DNA of 64,000 nt from Moniliella sp. 'wahieum' (GCA_003971905.1 RSEE01000037.1:372001-436000), one strand, 5' to 3'; positions 13,471 to 27,954 are shown, counted from the first letter of the stretch. Made by a program: numbers and translations. Notes: generated from the letters alone by a model not told the origin.

Positions 13471-15040
13471 ATGATGGTCAGTCCGTGGGTGCAGATCGCC
13501 TGTGCCACCACCTGGTGCCTCCTCTCGGCCGGCGTCTGCTTTGGCTTTGCAGCCATCAAACCCGTCTTTGTCGCCGAGGGTGTCTACGGCGACCTGTGCC
13601 AGCCTGGCCAGGCTCCCTGTCAGGCGCAAGACCTCCAGCTCAACTTTATGTGGACCGTTGCCGCCGGCAGCACCAATGCCGTGTCGCTGATCGTGGGGGC
13701 CGTGTTGGACCACAAGGGCCCCCGGCTCTGTGGATTCATTGGGGTTGCCTTCCTGACCGTCGGGGCACTGCTGTTGAGCGAGCAGCCCACGACCAGCTGG
13801 TTTGATCCCTTTATGGTTGGCTACTCTGTGCTTGCGCTGGGGGGGCCGTTTGTCTTTATCCCACATTCCAACTGGCCAACGCAGTGCCGGATCACTCGGG
13901 CAAGGTCCTGGCCGCCATCACAGGAGCCTTTGACACTTCGTCCGCCCTCTTTCTTTTTTACCGCTTGGCCTACCAGCACACGGCCAGTGGTATTGCCCTC
14001 TCCACTTTTTTCCGCCTTTATCTCGTCGTTCCCGTCTTCATTCTGTTCTGCCAGCTCTTCGTTATGCCCCATGAAAGCTACACAGCTGGTGGGCTCAAGC
14101 CTTTGGACCAGCTCGCTGAAACGGTAGACGATGCGACGGAACATGACCACCTGCTGGACCAACACGAGGAGAACCTATCGTCGTTTGGCCGCATTGGTGG
14201 CAATCAGGGCGGGGTGGCAGCAGGAACGAGCGCGTTCAGCATTGTTAGCAGTGTGCCCGAAGGCGGGCGTCTGGCCGCGCTCCAGTCTCATCTCAACCAC
14301 GACTCGTCCTACCTTGCCGACGTGCACGAGGACGTAACCGACCGTCTGATCCGCAAGACAGGCGGTATCTTTGGCATCCTGGATGGCCGCAGCGCCAGCG
14401 AACAGGTCCGTTCTCCTTGGTTCATGCTCATCCTGATCATGACCTGTCTCTGCATGCTCCGCATCAACTTTTTCATCTCCACCGTCGGCGCGCAGGAGCT
14501 GTTCCTTGTTGGGCCTTCTGGAGCCCGCACGATTGGCGATTGTTCGATGTGGCTCTGCCGGCGGGAGGTGTGGTGGCGATTCCCTTCATTGGTCTTTTGC
14601 TGGATGAGTTGACCACATTCCAGGTTCTGGAGGTGATGTGCACTGCCAGCGTGCTCACCGGTGTCTTGGGCTGCTTCCGCTCCTTTTGGCTCAACATTGT
14701 GGGGGTGCTGATCATGGTGGTGTACCGTCCGTTTTACTACTCGGTCACCACCGAGTTGGCTGCCAAGGTGTTTGGACCCATTACGTTTGGCCGTCTGTAC
14801 GGACTGATCATGACGCTGTCGGGTGTGTTCAACATGCTCCAAGCCGTGCTCGATCGCTCACTTCATGGCCCCCTCAATGGAAATCCCATCCCCATCAACA
14901 TCTTGCTCACGGGCGCGACGGCCGTGACGGCGCTGTCGTTGCTGGGGTACACGAAACACGAGGGCACGCGCAGACTCAAGCAGATCGCGGCCCAAGAAGC
15001 GGAGGAGGAAACTCCCCGTGGGCCCTATGGTGCAGTGTGA
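13471..15040 (+). CDS. FMP42: MFS transporter, FMP42/SLC43-like; frameshifted
   Basis: VQIACATTWCLLSAGVCFGFAAIKPVFVAEGVY, GAVLDHKGPR, AAITGAFDTSSALF, MLRINFFIST, YRPFYY, KVFGPITFGRLYG; shifts at ~13860 and ~14540. Confidence 0.85.
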
Positions 15041-15771
15041 GGGCTGAGGACCGAAGTGAACGCACATCTCCGCAGGGGGCTCCCGTCTCGCTCACACCAT
15101 GGGATTGTCCATCCTATACCGGTATCGACTCACATCTAGATTGCGTCGTGTGGGGCTGTGGTAAGGGCTGTATTGGGGGAGGGAACCGTCTCGATGGTGT
15201 AGCGCTGCTCTCGCCATGCCACTTCCAAAAGACTGCCGTATCTTCATCGTATCTTGCTTTTCGTTCATCCTATGCACGCTGCTGTTTCTTCCATGAATCA
15301 TCATCCAAAGCATTCGTCAACGCCCTCTGGGCTTGGAAAACTCCATACCCGGCCGCACATATGCGCCACTTGATAGCTTGGATTAGCACAGCTGCTGGTC
15401 CAACCCTCCTCTGCCGTGTGCGCGTTGGCAAGGACAATGTGGGACGGTGGGCAGCAAGACTGGGATGCGTGCTGAGGAAACGGAGGAATGCGTACTGGAC
15501 GGACGGTGTTGGAGGCTGAGGCGCTGATGGGTGATGCACGCATGCTGGCGAATGCGGGGCCCCTCTGCTTCTGGGTTGGAACGGATGCGATGCGTGCGAT
15601 GTGTAACCTGGGACATGTGATGGGTGACATTTGCCTCGGCTGTTCTCCACGCTGCAACGCTCGTGCGCCACGCCCCACTCGCCTGCTCGCACTCCCACCT
15701 GCTGCATTCCCCGCCCTCGCGTCCCGGCCCACCCGCGCTCGGCCGCCCCCACACGCAAACCCACCACCACC

Positions 15772-17972
15772 ATGGCCTCCCGCCCACCTGTGTCTGCGCC
15801 CCCCCCCATGGCGCCGCTGGTCCCTCTCCTCCCCTCCGCCCTTGTCCCCGCCGCCCGCGCCTACCTCATCGGCCTCCTCGCCGACACCTCCCCGCCATCC
15901 TCAAGATCCTCGTCAAGTTCGCCCGTGCGCATATGCGCCGTGTGGCCCAGATCAATCGCCGCCTGGCGGAAGAGCAGCTGCCTTTGGTGCCCGACAAGCA
16001 CACTCCCGCCCAGCGCGCGGCCGCCAAGGCCCGCACCAGCCACCTGGCCACCCGACAGACCCTGGGCGAAGCCCTGGCTGCCCTGCCCTCGCTTCTTCTC
16101 ACCATCCTTCGTGCCATCACCTCGGCTGCACACAATCCTCATGGGTTTGCCTTGTGCGGGGCGTTTACTATACTGCTGTGGCGCATCCTCCAAGGCGCCT
16201 TTTTGCAGCTTGTGAGCCGGAACCGGCGTGGCGTAACCAGCGCCACCGTTTATCGTGCGCGGGTAATCGCCTCGTTTGTCTCGGCCACCGCTTCGGCCGT
16301 GGTGGCTCTGCATTACCTTGCCTCCGGTCTCGCTCCAGTCCCCCGCCGCGTCGCCGGGCCTCGGGAAAGAGGCTTGGGGCGATCCCCCAGCAACGCCGTG
16401 CTCTTGTTCCGCAAACTCCAGACCCCTACCCCACTTGCCCCGGGAGGCCACTTTATGTCTCGCCTTACCAACTTGAGTATCCCTGTCTCGCCCAGCGATC
16501 CCGGTGCCATCTCTCCCGTCCGGAAGCGCACATTGTCGGGTACGGGTGCTGGATCACAAGAGTCGCCTTCTTCTCAGGTGGTACCCGAAGAAGATAAGCC
16601 CGTACCCAGCCCCACGCTCGAATTTACCCTCTCCCTCCTGGTCCGTGCCATTGATACGGCCACACGCGTTGTCCCAGTCGTCATGGCAAGGTCGGTAGTT
16701 GTAGCACAGGGCAAGACAGCATCGTTGCCATCGGCGGTGCAAAAAACCCCTCTTCGCCGCGCGCTGGGCGCAGCGGGGCACTGGGCTTCCGATCAACGTG
16801 ATGGCCTGTTGTTTGTTGTTTGCTGTGCTGAAATCATGTACTCATGGTTTTACGAGCCGCAACGCCTGTCGCCCATGTACAACAAATGGTGCGTCTGCTT
16901 TGCTTTGGCGCCTCGGCCTTTGTTGTTGTTAGGTTCAGGATGGTACTGACCCCGGAACGATGGTAGGATCACCAATCTGGCTTCGATGGACGTGCGCTGT
17001 CTGCAGGCGCTCCGATGCCACCGTACGGGCAAGCCGTATGTTTGGAGGTATGGTCAAAAGGAGGATTTGGAGGTGGGATCGATAGCGCTCATGTCGGGCC
17101 TGGCCGAGTCGCTTGGGTATCCATACGAATGGGGCGACCCTACCCGCGTGCCGCAAACCGCGGCGGAAGCCAAACTGCTGCGCGACAGCGCGCGGGCAAA
17201 GAACCGTGCGCGATGCGAAAAGGAGGGGATCGACTTTGAGTCTCTCCCGCCAATCGAACAGGACGCAGGCTATGTCCTGGCCGGTGCCGCCGGCCCACGT
17301 GGACGAGGTGAGATGGGTGGCGTGCCATGCGAGGTGGTCCATTGTGGCATCACAGGGTCCAACTGCTATGCCGATGCTGGTCTGCGTTGGCTACGTGGGT
17401 TCAAAGCCAGTTTGGCCATCTACATCCCGTTCATCTTGCCCCCCGTCTTCTCTTTGCCCCCCGTGCCTTTTTCCGGCATCCGTTTGCTGGGCTATGGCGG
17501 GCCCTCAAGGGCGCCTCACGGAGCAGTGCGTTCCTGGCCACCTTTATTGCCAGCATCTGGTTCTTGGTGTGTATGGTGCGCAGCGAAATTTGTCCTCGGC
17601 TTTTCCCCAATGTGTCCCACAACATCTGGGACCACGGCTACGGCGAGATCCTGGGTTCTTGGGGCTGCGGTTGGTCCGTATTTTTGGAGGAGAAGCGCAA
17701 ACGGGCCGAGATGGCACTGTACGTAGCCCCCGTGCGCTGTTTGCGCTGATCGAGTCCTTCCGACCGGGTTGGCTCAACGACCGACGTCATCTGTCGGCTC
17801 GGATTACCGAACGTACCCTCTTGGTCTCTCCACCGGTCTTCTCCTCACCACGGCCCAATTCCGCCCCGACTTGCTGCGCGGGATCGCTTCCATTCTTCCC
17901 TGGGTGGTGCGCGATCCATCCATGCGCAAGGTCCGCATCACGGGCGACCGCGCCGTGCCGGCCCTGTTGTAA
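15772..17972 (+). CDS. TMEM135/PXMP4-like integral membrane protein; spliced and frameshifted
   Basis: TLEFTLSLLVRAID; CAEIMYSWFYEPQRL..YNKW, intron 16889-16966, then ITNLA; VPCEVVHCG; GASRSSAFLATFIASIW; GCGWSVFLEEKRKRAEMALYVAP. Confidence 0.75.
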
Positions 17973-18412
17973 TTCTCACCATCCATGTCCTCTGGGCTGC
18001 TGTCGCGAGTTTGAGTTGGCCGCCTCTTCACACGCATACGCCATCTGTACTCGGTCCTCTCTCGGCTCCGTTCGTTGCTCTGCTAGCCTGTTTGTCATTT
18101 GGACTCTTTGTTTCCTGTTGCGTGCATGTATCAGTTTTGGTTGACGCGTTGACGGTCCCAGTTGCGCATGGATATACAGGCTGCCCCACTTGGGTAGTGC
18201 ACATGCACTGCGCTTGGTTCGTCGACGGAAGTTAATGCTCTGTGTGGATTCTATCGGGATGTACCATAGCGGATCATGCCACGCCCTACGCCCAGATCAC
18301 TGGCAGCTGCTGGGGTAGATGGTGAGGTATAGAGAGAGAGAGAAGGACTCCGTCGTCGACTTGGAACATCTGCACCACGGGTGTACGTGCCTTGCCCATG
18401 CGTAGACATGGA

Positions 18413-18507
18413 GGCATCGTGGTGTAGTTGGTTATCACGTATCCTTAACAGTGGCCTAGTGCCTGAGTTAACGGATAAGGTCCTCGGTTCGATCCCGGGC
18501 GAAGTCA
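18413..18507 (+). tRNA. tRNA-Val(AAC) with intron 18451-18471
   Basis: GGCATCG-TGGTGTAGTTGGTTATCAC-G-TATCC-TT-AAC-A..C-GGATA-AGGTC-CTCGG-TTCGATC-CCGGG-CGAAGTC-A; T-run terminator follows. Confidence 0.93.
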
Positions 18508-20022
18508 CTCCTTTTTGTTGTCAACATCTCGTTTTTTTTTGAGCAGCCTAAGGCGCTGTTTGTTACATGGTCAGAGCGATCCCCTGCCTGGGGCTCGATC
18601 GAGTTATTGGGCCAACCGGTCGGAGCTAGAGACGAGGTGTTGGCACCCACGTTTCCTTGCCACAGCGTCGACTCGCATGGTGAGGTTGGTAGATGCGCCG
18701 GATCGGGCAAGACGATCAACGTATCTGTAGGCCGGCGGTGGCCCTGATACAAAGGGGGCTGAGCGATTGGACGCTGAATGTCGACAGGAAAGGCGAAGCA
18801 GGCGACGCCAGGCTCAGGACAGTACCACAGGCAAGAGATCACAAGACAATGAGTAATACAGTTGAGGCCAGTGGAAGCTCATACATGTGTGGAACGCTTG
18901 AAGCTACAAGGGGGCCAGAGGTTCAACAGTGTTGCCATGACGAAGAACGTTGACGAACTGGCATGTCAAGACTCCACGTCGACTACATGGGTGACGGGCA
19001 AAACACATCAAATAGGGGACCGGCAGGATCTATAACAGACAGCACAAACTGTACCAGAACGATGAGATGGAAAAGTAGCCATGATTTACGCGTACGTACA
19101 GGGAGGCATCAGAATTTGGCCATCTCGCCTCCACGCCTCACGCCCCCCTGCAGCTCAGACGAGCACGGGGTAATGGGACGGAGGGTGGCCAGGTCATCGG
19201 AAGGCGACATCGACCCCGAAGGGAAGGGCCTTTGCTCCTCACTGCTTAAGGGCGAGACGTACAAGAACCAAAGGATTCATCCTCTGCCCTGTAAGTTGTG
19301 GCTCAAAAATAGAGCTGGCCAGACTCGGAAGATAACTGTATGCACAGATTCTGCTGAGAATGGTCTTGGTTGCATACAGGGAGCGCCCACCCACGCCTTT
19401 TATACCCTGCCGCCGCTGAAAAAAATGCCACGGCCTCCAGTCAAAAAAAAATTGTGCACTAGGGTTGCGGGCACGCCTCTGCCTCCACATGCGCAGTGCC
19501 TCTCCGGCGGCCTCCACCTCCACTTTGCCTCCACTGTGCCTGTAGTTCCGCTGGCCAAGGGTGTTCAACTCAAATTCCGCCATCTTGAACATTTTCGAGC
19601 GGTCGACAGAACTATAGTCTGACTCACTTGGCGGCCTCGATATTCAATTGACATTGGCCTCGAAGGGCAATTTAAGCTTTAAGCTTCAAGTACCGGTGAC
19701 CGGCCGGTAACCGGTAACCAGAAACAATGTACTCAACTTGAGTGTTCAACGCCTGTCATGAGCATTGGCCCATCTCTCTCGACAGAACTGCTCGTCCGAT
19801 GCTTACAGTGGGCTGTCCTCGTCGGTGTTCCAGACCTGGGCATACATGGAGGGGTGGGCTGGCAAGGATCAAACGTCTAGGAACATTGGGGTGCAGTTAC
19901 TAGTTATACGCCTAGTACACTACCAACAACTACAAGGGTTCAAGGGCAAAACACAAGTGCAAAGCATGCAAATAGGCATTAGTATGACAAAGGCACCGGG
20001 TCAGCGCGATCAGTGGTGCAGC

Positions 20023-21091
20023 TTAAAGCGCCGTGTTGACCTTGAGCGGCGCCTTCTGCTCGACCGCGGTTCCAAACACGTTAATGGGCCAGGAAGGCGT
20101 GTAGGTGAGGGGAATGTTGTTGCGGCTCTCCCCGTACTCCTTGATCAGATCCGTCACGGCAGCGAACTCCTCGGGAGAGAGGGTGATCTGCTCGAAGTTG
20201 CTCTGAATGCGCGAAGGCGTGACACTCTTGACCAGCACACGTACCCGCGCTGAATGCCCCACGCAATGAGGACAGAGGCAGGCGTGGGTTGACGCGCTTG
20301 GCAATCGCCTCAATGCCAGCATTTTGCGTGAGCGGGGGCTTGCCGGCAACGTTGTTGCCCAGCGGGCTGTACGCAGTGATGACAATCTTCTTGGCCTTGT
20401 GGTGGGCCACCAGCTCATCTTGCTGCAGAAGCGGTGGGCCTCAACTGGTTCACAGCTGGGCGCTCGCCCGAGGCCTTCTCGACCAGGTCAACAAGGTCAG
20501 TCGTGAAGTTCGATACACCCACCGACTTTGTCTTGCCAGTCTTCTTGAGCGCCACAACGGCCTTCCAGGTGTCCACCAGCTTGAATCGAATTCGTCAATG
20601 AGCGCTTCGTCCTTGTTGGAGGGGTTTGCGAGGGACAAGTTCTGGGGGGTGGTGTACTTGAACGAAACAGGCCACTGGGAACGCAAAGCGGGAATTAGCA
20701 AGCACGCCAACCAAGAGGAGCCGAGCAAAAGGACAGAGGGGCACAAAGGCACAGCACGTACGTGGATCAGGTACAGGTCGTAGGTCAAGCCCAGCTCCTT
20801 CAGCGTCTCGTCCAGCGCAGGCTCGACCTGCTCCGGGGCGTGGCGGTTGTTTCCAGAGCTCGACGTGATGAAGAGGTCCTCACTCTGACGACGCCCTATC
20901 GAACAGCTCCTTAAGGGCACGCCAATCTCCTCCTGGTTCTGGTAAATCTTGGCCAGGTCGAGGTGGCGGTAGCCAACCTTGACTGCGAGCTTGATGCCCT
21001 CGCACCTGGCCGGGCTCGGCGAGCCAGGTGCCGTAGCCCAAGGCGGGATGGCGTTGCCATCGTTAAGAGGGATCGACTTTCCGTACGACAT
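20023..21091 (-). CDS. Aldo-keto reductase (GCY1/xylose-reductase-like); spliced and frameshifted
   Basis: [47 protein letters not shown], intron 20761-20675, [27 protein letters not shown]-like TATAAA ~90 bp upstream. Confidence 0.9.
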
Positions 21092-23279
21092 GGTGACTGA
21101 GGTGTGGCAGGTGCAGCGGCGGAGAACGAGGGGAAGAACGGTTGAGGTGGGCAGCGAAGAAAAGGTGAGGGGCGGCGGCTTTATAGGAAGGTGCGGCGAA
21201 GACGCGGGCGCTGGACATGGCCTGTGCGCCAGGCATCTTCTCAGCACGACCGGCATCGAAGCCAGGCCCCACCGCGCACGAGGGCAGTGTTGCCTGGGGC
21301 GCCCAGGGTGCGGCGATGACGCCGGGCGGCGGCAAGCGGCGGGATTGCACCGGTCAGTGGTCACGCGATCATCGCAGCACTTTGGGCGCTGAGGCGCTGA
21401 GGTGGTGGGTGGTGATGCATGATGCAGGCGCATTCCATCACGCCATCCTCCCCCCGCCACGCCTGCTGGCCCTGGCCGCCGCAAGAGGGGTGGAGCGGAT
21501 TGCGCTGCGTGCCGCCGCCATCGCCGAGCGCCTCGGCCGCACCCCAGCATACGCCAGCGCCTCCGGGACATTCGCCACCCGAACAAGCGCCGCACCGTCC
21601 GACCGCTTCGGCTTGGCCTGTTCGACCTCTGTATTGAATATTGAACGTTCAGGCTGAACTGCAACGCTGCACTTTGAGCTAGTAACGAGTTGAACGCACT
21701 CACTCGAGCATGAAACTGATCGTCAACCTCACTGACCAGCCTGGCCGCCGCCCGCCCCGCTGCCTCCGCCAAGCATCCATATCTATCTCCTCTCTCCCTC
21801 CAGTCCGGCCCAATCGCCGCTGCTCCGCCTCGGGGACGGCAACAGCCAGCATCCACCCGTATCATCGTCCGTTCCCTCCCTGGTCGGCTTGGCCCATCGC
21901 CCATCGCCCATCGCCTATCGCCCATCTCCAGCTTCCAGCCAATCAGCGCTCAGCCTGAGCCGCAATTCAGCCAGCTCACCACCTCGTCCGGGCTGTCACC
22001 ACATCCTTGGCCCTCATGTATCCGCGCTCTCGCCGGCATCAGACTGATTCCTCATACGTCCAGTACCATGCATTAGCGCTGAGGCTCAGCCACACCATCC
22101 ATCAGGTCAATGGGTGACGTGTGACGCGTGCATTGCACGTGCCTGTAGGACTTAGTCACTAGTCAAGCTTCAAGTCACTAGTCACTATAGTCCTAGAACC
22201 ACGAATAGTGATCGAGTGAGCTGATGAGGGACCGCCGGGGACGGATGGCACTCTTCCACACAGCATGGGTCCCCCAGCAAAATGTCGATGAGATCGATGG
22301 GGCTACGTCGACGCAGAATGCGTATGACACAATCCATTTCACAAGCGACAAGGGGATTCCAATCGTGCCAGCTGCGCCTTCGAGGCGTCGTCGCAGGAGT
22401 CCGTCCCGGTCGGTCTCGATGTTCACCACCCGTTCAATTCAACCCTTGAAGCTTGAAGCCTGGTCGGCAAACCAATCAACGATGCTGAGATGGGTATGCT
22501 GATGCAATTCCATGCGCAAAAGCTGACATTATTACGGTTACCGTTACCAGCCATCCTGTGCTCCCAGGATCGATCGTATCCGCTTCCTGCCCCATCCTCC
22601 TCTTCTCAGCTTTCCCGACAAAAAAACGGTTTGCGCGTACTGACGAGATCGCCGATTGTATTGGGCATCAAGACTCAGAGGCGATAATGACTTCATGATC
22701 TCCAAAGCTTGAAGATCGACGAGCATCATCGACATGAATGATCACTAGATCACTAGCATCACTAGTCACTGTGCCTCAGCGCTTAGGCGGTGCTTTCAGC
22801 ATGAAACTAGTGCTTAGCAGCTGCCCTTAGTTCCCACTATGATATACGCGCCCTGCCATGACCAAGCTAAGCTGGTGCCGAGGAGTGCCAGCCTCTGCGC
22901 TCACTACTTGCTGCGCACATGGAGCGCATACAGCACACGAGCTCCTTGCCCTGCCCATGCGGCAACGATGGCTGCTCTTCAAGCGTGCCATGCTCCGCGT
23001 AGCCAACCCAAGAAAGCAAAACGAACGGCACATTTCGGGCTCCCCCTGCGCGCGGGGAGTACATTACAGGTCCAAATGCACAGTGGCAGCGTCCATCCAA
23101 GGCACCACAGGTGCCAAGGCGCACTGACCAAATTCGTGGTCCCGTAACAGGCCCCTCTCACGGCCAGGTGGAAGGGTAGAATGAAAAGAGCGAGGTGAGG
23201 TGAGGTAGGAAAGGAGAGGAGAGGAGAGGAGGAGGAGGAGATCGATGACAGAGCCCAGATGGCAGGTGCAGGTCACCAA

Positions 23280-25709
23280 TCAAATCTCAATTCGATTAGT
23301 GGCTTTGGCGCGGGTCAACTCCAACCCTCCATGCTGGAGTTCCTTGCGGACTTGCTTGGAAGCATTGCGAGCCAGCTTACGCATCTCGGACTCTTTGAGT
23401 TTCACAGCTTCGGCCGCGGGGATCAGGCCGTCGCCGACCAAGCCGACCACGGCGCCGGCCGGGCGGCGGAGCGCGCTCAGAGCCGCCTCGCGACTCTTGA
23501 GTGCAGGCGAGAGGGTGCAGGTCAATGCCACGCCGACACGGAGGAGCCATTCGGGGCCTAGGACAGATCGAGTTAGTACACAAAAAGGCACATGCCAGGG
23601 AAGAAAATAGTCCAGTGCGCGACTCACCTTCAAACAAGAATGCGTCCCAAACACGCGCAAGCGTGTTCCAAGGCAGCACGCGTACATACAGCGCGTCGAG
23701 CCAAGCCGGGACAAACAAAAAGGTATCCAGTCCGAGCGAATTGAGCGTTTGCGCCGTCCCACGGCTCGAGCGAGCCTGGAGCAAGCGCGCCAAGACAGCT
23801 GCGTCCGTGTAGAGTTGCTTGGCCTTGGTCGGCCCATCGTAGTACCGGCCAAGGTAGGGTGGCGCAAGAGCGCTGCCAACAGCCAAAACGTATCCTCTGG
23901 CGGGATGCGAGCAATCAAGAGCCATCCGGCCACCAGCCCCAAGCCACGCGAGTAACCAGCAGCAGGGTTGAAGAGGCGCCTTGACCACCGCTGCCAGATC
24001 CGCTGCGCCGCCCTGGCCGGGACCGTTGGAGAAGAGGACATGATCCGCAAAGGCCGCTGAATCCTGATCGATCGAGGTCCAGGTGTCGCCCTTTTGCTTG
24101 GCCACCTTGTTCGTCGAAGCTTGGTGGCACAGATGCTCAAACAGGCCCGCCTGCCGACGGAATTGCGCATTGGCCAAAAAGAGCCAGACACGCGGACGTA
24201 AACTGGGCGGGATGCCAGCGCGGCACATATGCTTCACCTTGCGGCTTTTGCGGGCGGAGCTCACGTCCATAGTAGACATGACCTGGCGCCACGCTTCCAC
24301 CACCGATGGGTTCTCTTGGAACCGGCCCGCACCGGCCGAGCCAGGAGGCAGGAAGAAACCAAACTCGTCCACTGGGCCCATCGATACCGGCGGCGGGGGG
24401 CGTGGTTGAGGCGGCGCTGCTGGCGAAGGGGTGCCAGCACAGGCGCAGGTCCTGCCGAGGCCGCACTGGGCAGACCCGGACTGGGGATGGGCGAAGCGCG
24501 CCCCACGGATGGGGGTGCCGAGTGAGGCGTACAGGCGAACGAGAAGGCGGCGCCAACCCAAATGGCTGGCTGCCCTGCCCCGTAGGACTCAACAGATGGC
24601 CAGGGCCAAATCCGTTGGGGAAACACGCTCGGGCATCCGAGCGGCAGAGGACATGGCCGGGGACGTATCGAGCGGGTGGGGTTGGGGCACTCCTGGGCGT
24701 GGGCGTGGGCCCATGGGACCGACAACGCAGGAGGCGGAGACATTTCGCCCCGCCCCTTTGCCGCAAGGCCAGGCCGGCCACGGTTGTTTCGGGCAAAGGA
24801 GACATCGTCCCATTCGGCGAGGCAGGGTTCATGGAGGGGGGGGGCGGTGGCGGAAGTTGTGGGGAATAAGCTGTAGAAGCATTACGCGAGGTCGAAGGCG
24901 AAGTAGCATCCGAGGAAGAGAGAGTCGGGTTGGATGCCGACAAGCCCAAAGGAGAAGGTCCTAGTGGTGCCGCCCCGCGCGGGCCGCCAGCGGCCTTTCC
25001 CTCATCCATGCGAAGGAACGCATCTGGCACAGAGGGACGAGGGCGGTTCGGCGTTGGGGCCATTCCAAGGAGCCCATGCTGGGAACGCAACCGAGTCGCG
25101 GCCATACACATCGTAGATGGATGTGTAGTCGCGTTTGTTCTTGCCAGAGCGGCCGCCGTGGTGAGACGAGCCCGCAGCATCCCGGCGGGCTGAGCCAGGA
25201 GCAGGATGTGCCACATCAGGCGATGAGGCGGAATCATCTTCTCATCATGAGCGGCCGAAGAGGATAAAGTACCGGTGGTAGCACTCGAAGCATCGGATAG
25301 TTGCCGTGCGAGAATGGCCTGGGGTGTGGTATGCCCAGCATTATTCCGGCGACTCTGTTGATTTGCCTTGAAAGCGGAAGCTGCTGGTCCGGGAGGCAGT
25401 TGGCTGTGGGTAAGGGTTGGGGAAGTCAGACTCGCCATTCATAAGAGGAGAGGCATGACGTTCGTCGTCAACTTGATCCAAGTAGCGGAACGCAGACTCT
25501 CGTGACCCACGGTGGGAGCGCGAGTAGGCGGACGACCGGCCGTTGCACCGCTCAAGCCACTCAAGGCACTGGCATGGGCATCCGCACTGCGACGACTGTA
25601 TGCGCTTGCGCCGCTCAGCGCTGGCACGCAGATCCGGTCGCGATGCAGTGGCAAGGTGGAGGGGCGGAGAAGGGCTGCGGGCCCAAGGGAGGGCAGAATC
25701 ATCCTCCAT
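23280..25709 (-). CDS. TBC-domain Rab GTPase-activating protein with long low-complexity N-terminus; frameshifted
   Basis: VDEFGF, RAGIPPSLRPRVW, GYSRGLGLVAGWLL...PEDTFWLL, LPWNTLARVWDAFLFEG, intron 23627-23558, PEWLLRVGVAL. Start codon tentative. Confidence 0.82.
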
Positions 25710-27954
25710 AGGGTCGTCGAGCGGGGCGGATACAAGTGGATGCGGAGGGTGAATGCCCCTCGTAGGCGAGGGGGGAAGATGCGGCCGAGTGGAGTGCGTC
25801 GGGAGGAGGGGGGGAAGAAAAGAAGCCCTGGCCATGGAATTCGTCGGGAGCGCAGCTCGGGGGGCGGGGCATGGGGCGTGATGGGTTCGGGTGCGGCTGG
25901 ACTGTTTGCGGACAACGACCGGCTTTTTCAGGCGGCCGTGGAAGCGGACCTGGGACGCATCAAAGTGGCCCACGACGCCCTCACAGAAGCCGAGAAAGGG
26001 GCCGGTGGATCGCCCTTGGTGACCGCGCCAGGCAGGGGGCGCAGCACAACGATCTCCTCGCCGCCATGAACATGAGGTCGTCTGCGCCGGCAGCCGGGCA
26101 GTCGACGGTGGCCGTGGCGGAGCCAATGCCGCCCTTGGCCGCGAAGCGCGTCCAGGCGCGCAGCGTTCCAGCGTCCATTTGCGCCGGAGGGGGGGCGGGG
26201 CGGGGCGGGGCGAGGGAGGTGGTGGTGGACGTCGGGCGGGAGGGTCGAGTGGGTGGCGCAGGTCAGCGGTGCGCCATCACGGTCAGCGACCTGGCGGGTC
26301 GCTGGTCGGGAGGGCGAGGGTGGTGGGTGAGCGGCAGAAGGTTAGTGGGTGATGTCTGGCATGGCAGCGGGCAGGGCGATCGGCGGCGGACGGGTCACGG
26401 TCAGGGTCAGGCGGTCAGCCGGAGGCGTCAGGCGGTCAGCCGGAGGCGTCAGGCAGCGCCTCCAGCATCAAATGCATCCACTCGCTCTGCCCGAGAGCAC
26501 GCATCAGCCATCCGCATCAGGCATCCCGCCTGAGCCTGCGGCGCCAGTGGTCGTGATCGCAGATCGGCAGCTGCGCACAGCGGGGCGGAGAGCAGTGTGG
26601 CGCCACCCGCATGCGCAGCCGCCCTGCCCCCCTGCAGCGCCCTCTCCTCTGGCCAAGCCGCGTCCCGCAGCGCACAGCAGGCACAACAATGCAGGCACCG
26701 CACAGCACGCGGCCGCAGGCCCCAGGCCGCACTTCCCCCTGCATCGCCTGCATCACCCGTCTGCTCGGGTGACCGCATGGCGCTAGCCTCCAACTGAGAA
26801 CGTCCAGCGTCCAACTGGCTTGAAGGCTGATTGCGGATGCATGATGTGGCGCGTCGCATGCTTGGCGCAACGCAGACAACGTGGCCAGTGGCGCCATGCG
26901 GCGTGGCCTGCCTGCCGAATTCAATCCACCCAGGGTAGTGTTTGCCGGCTTGGTGCATTGTGTCCGGAGCCGGGGAGCAGGAGCGTGAGCGCTAACTAGT
27001 AACTAGCATTAAATATTAATCACAGCGCTGACGTCCGAATCAGCGGGGAGGCGCAGAGCCTGGGAGAGCCTGGGAGCATCGAGAACCGGAGAGGCTGCGA
27101 GAAGACGGTAGATTAGAACAAACGTGGAACGTTTCAACGTTGCACGTACGTGGAAAACATTCAACGTTCGCCCTTGGTACGGCTGGTAGCTAGCAAACCC
27201 AGCTAGAAGTGGGTTCCCAAGGTTACCGGTTACCGCCGCCGGGTCGCCAGCCTTCCAAACCAACTCCAACGGTGTTCACCCACCACGCTGTTGATCGACG
27301 GCGCTTCTAGCTCTTCACAAGCAACAATCGCCAACCTCCAATCGCTACCCCGTCGTGACTACCGGCCCCGTAAACCACACACACGCGTCCAGCACACAGG
27401 ACAAAAACGATCGGTGTGCTGGGCTGCGATATAGTTCGATTTGGTCCTCCGAGGAATGATCTCAATGATATTGATGTCCACAATGCGCCTCATGGCTCTA
27501 CACGCGTGTCCCTCGTATCCCTGCTGCCATCATTTTCCGGGAAGCCAGTACCACATGTTCAATGCCAGACTGATATACCTGAGGGGCCTGAGATCTGAGA
27601 GGAGCTGTTTCTTGCATCACGTTCTAGTAGCACACGCCAGATGGGCGAGCCTGGTTGGTGCAGCGTTGATATGTCCCTGTCGGCGTATGTATGGGAGCTG
27701 ATGGGAGAGCTGAGGTGAGCACAGTATTGGAGAGAGAGGATATACACAAGGTGATCCGGCATTCTGAGCGGGTTAAATATGACTGACGTTTAATCAAGAG
27801 TATCTGCCAAAGAGAGAGAGCAGACTGCGAGGCCTGTGAGGTATGAAGAGATGTGAACAGGCCAGCCGTGTGAAAGTGTGTGGTTGAGGGTATGGCGCAC
27901 AGGAGAGGGAGGGGAAGGGGTAAGATAGACTGTAGGAGTCGGTGGTTCTGTGGA

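Noticed and set aside
18963..19622. 219-aa ORF downstream of tRNA-Val
   Set aside because: No domain or splice support; could be a chance ORF or a decayed element.
20450..21925. Long GC-rich ORF-track entries (491 aa here; N-terminal extensions of 39402-41873 and 9428-10768)
   Set aside because: These are open-frame extensions caused by high GC and non-ATG starts; the true starts lie downstream at recognisable N-termini.
26403..26455. 21-bp direct repeat GTCAGGCGGTCAGCCGGAGGC x2
   Set aside because: An ordinary local tandem duplication in intergenic DNA; nothing further supports a function.
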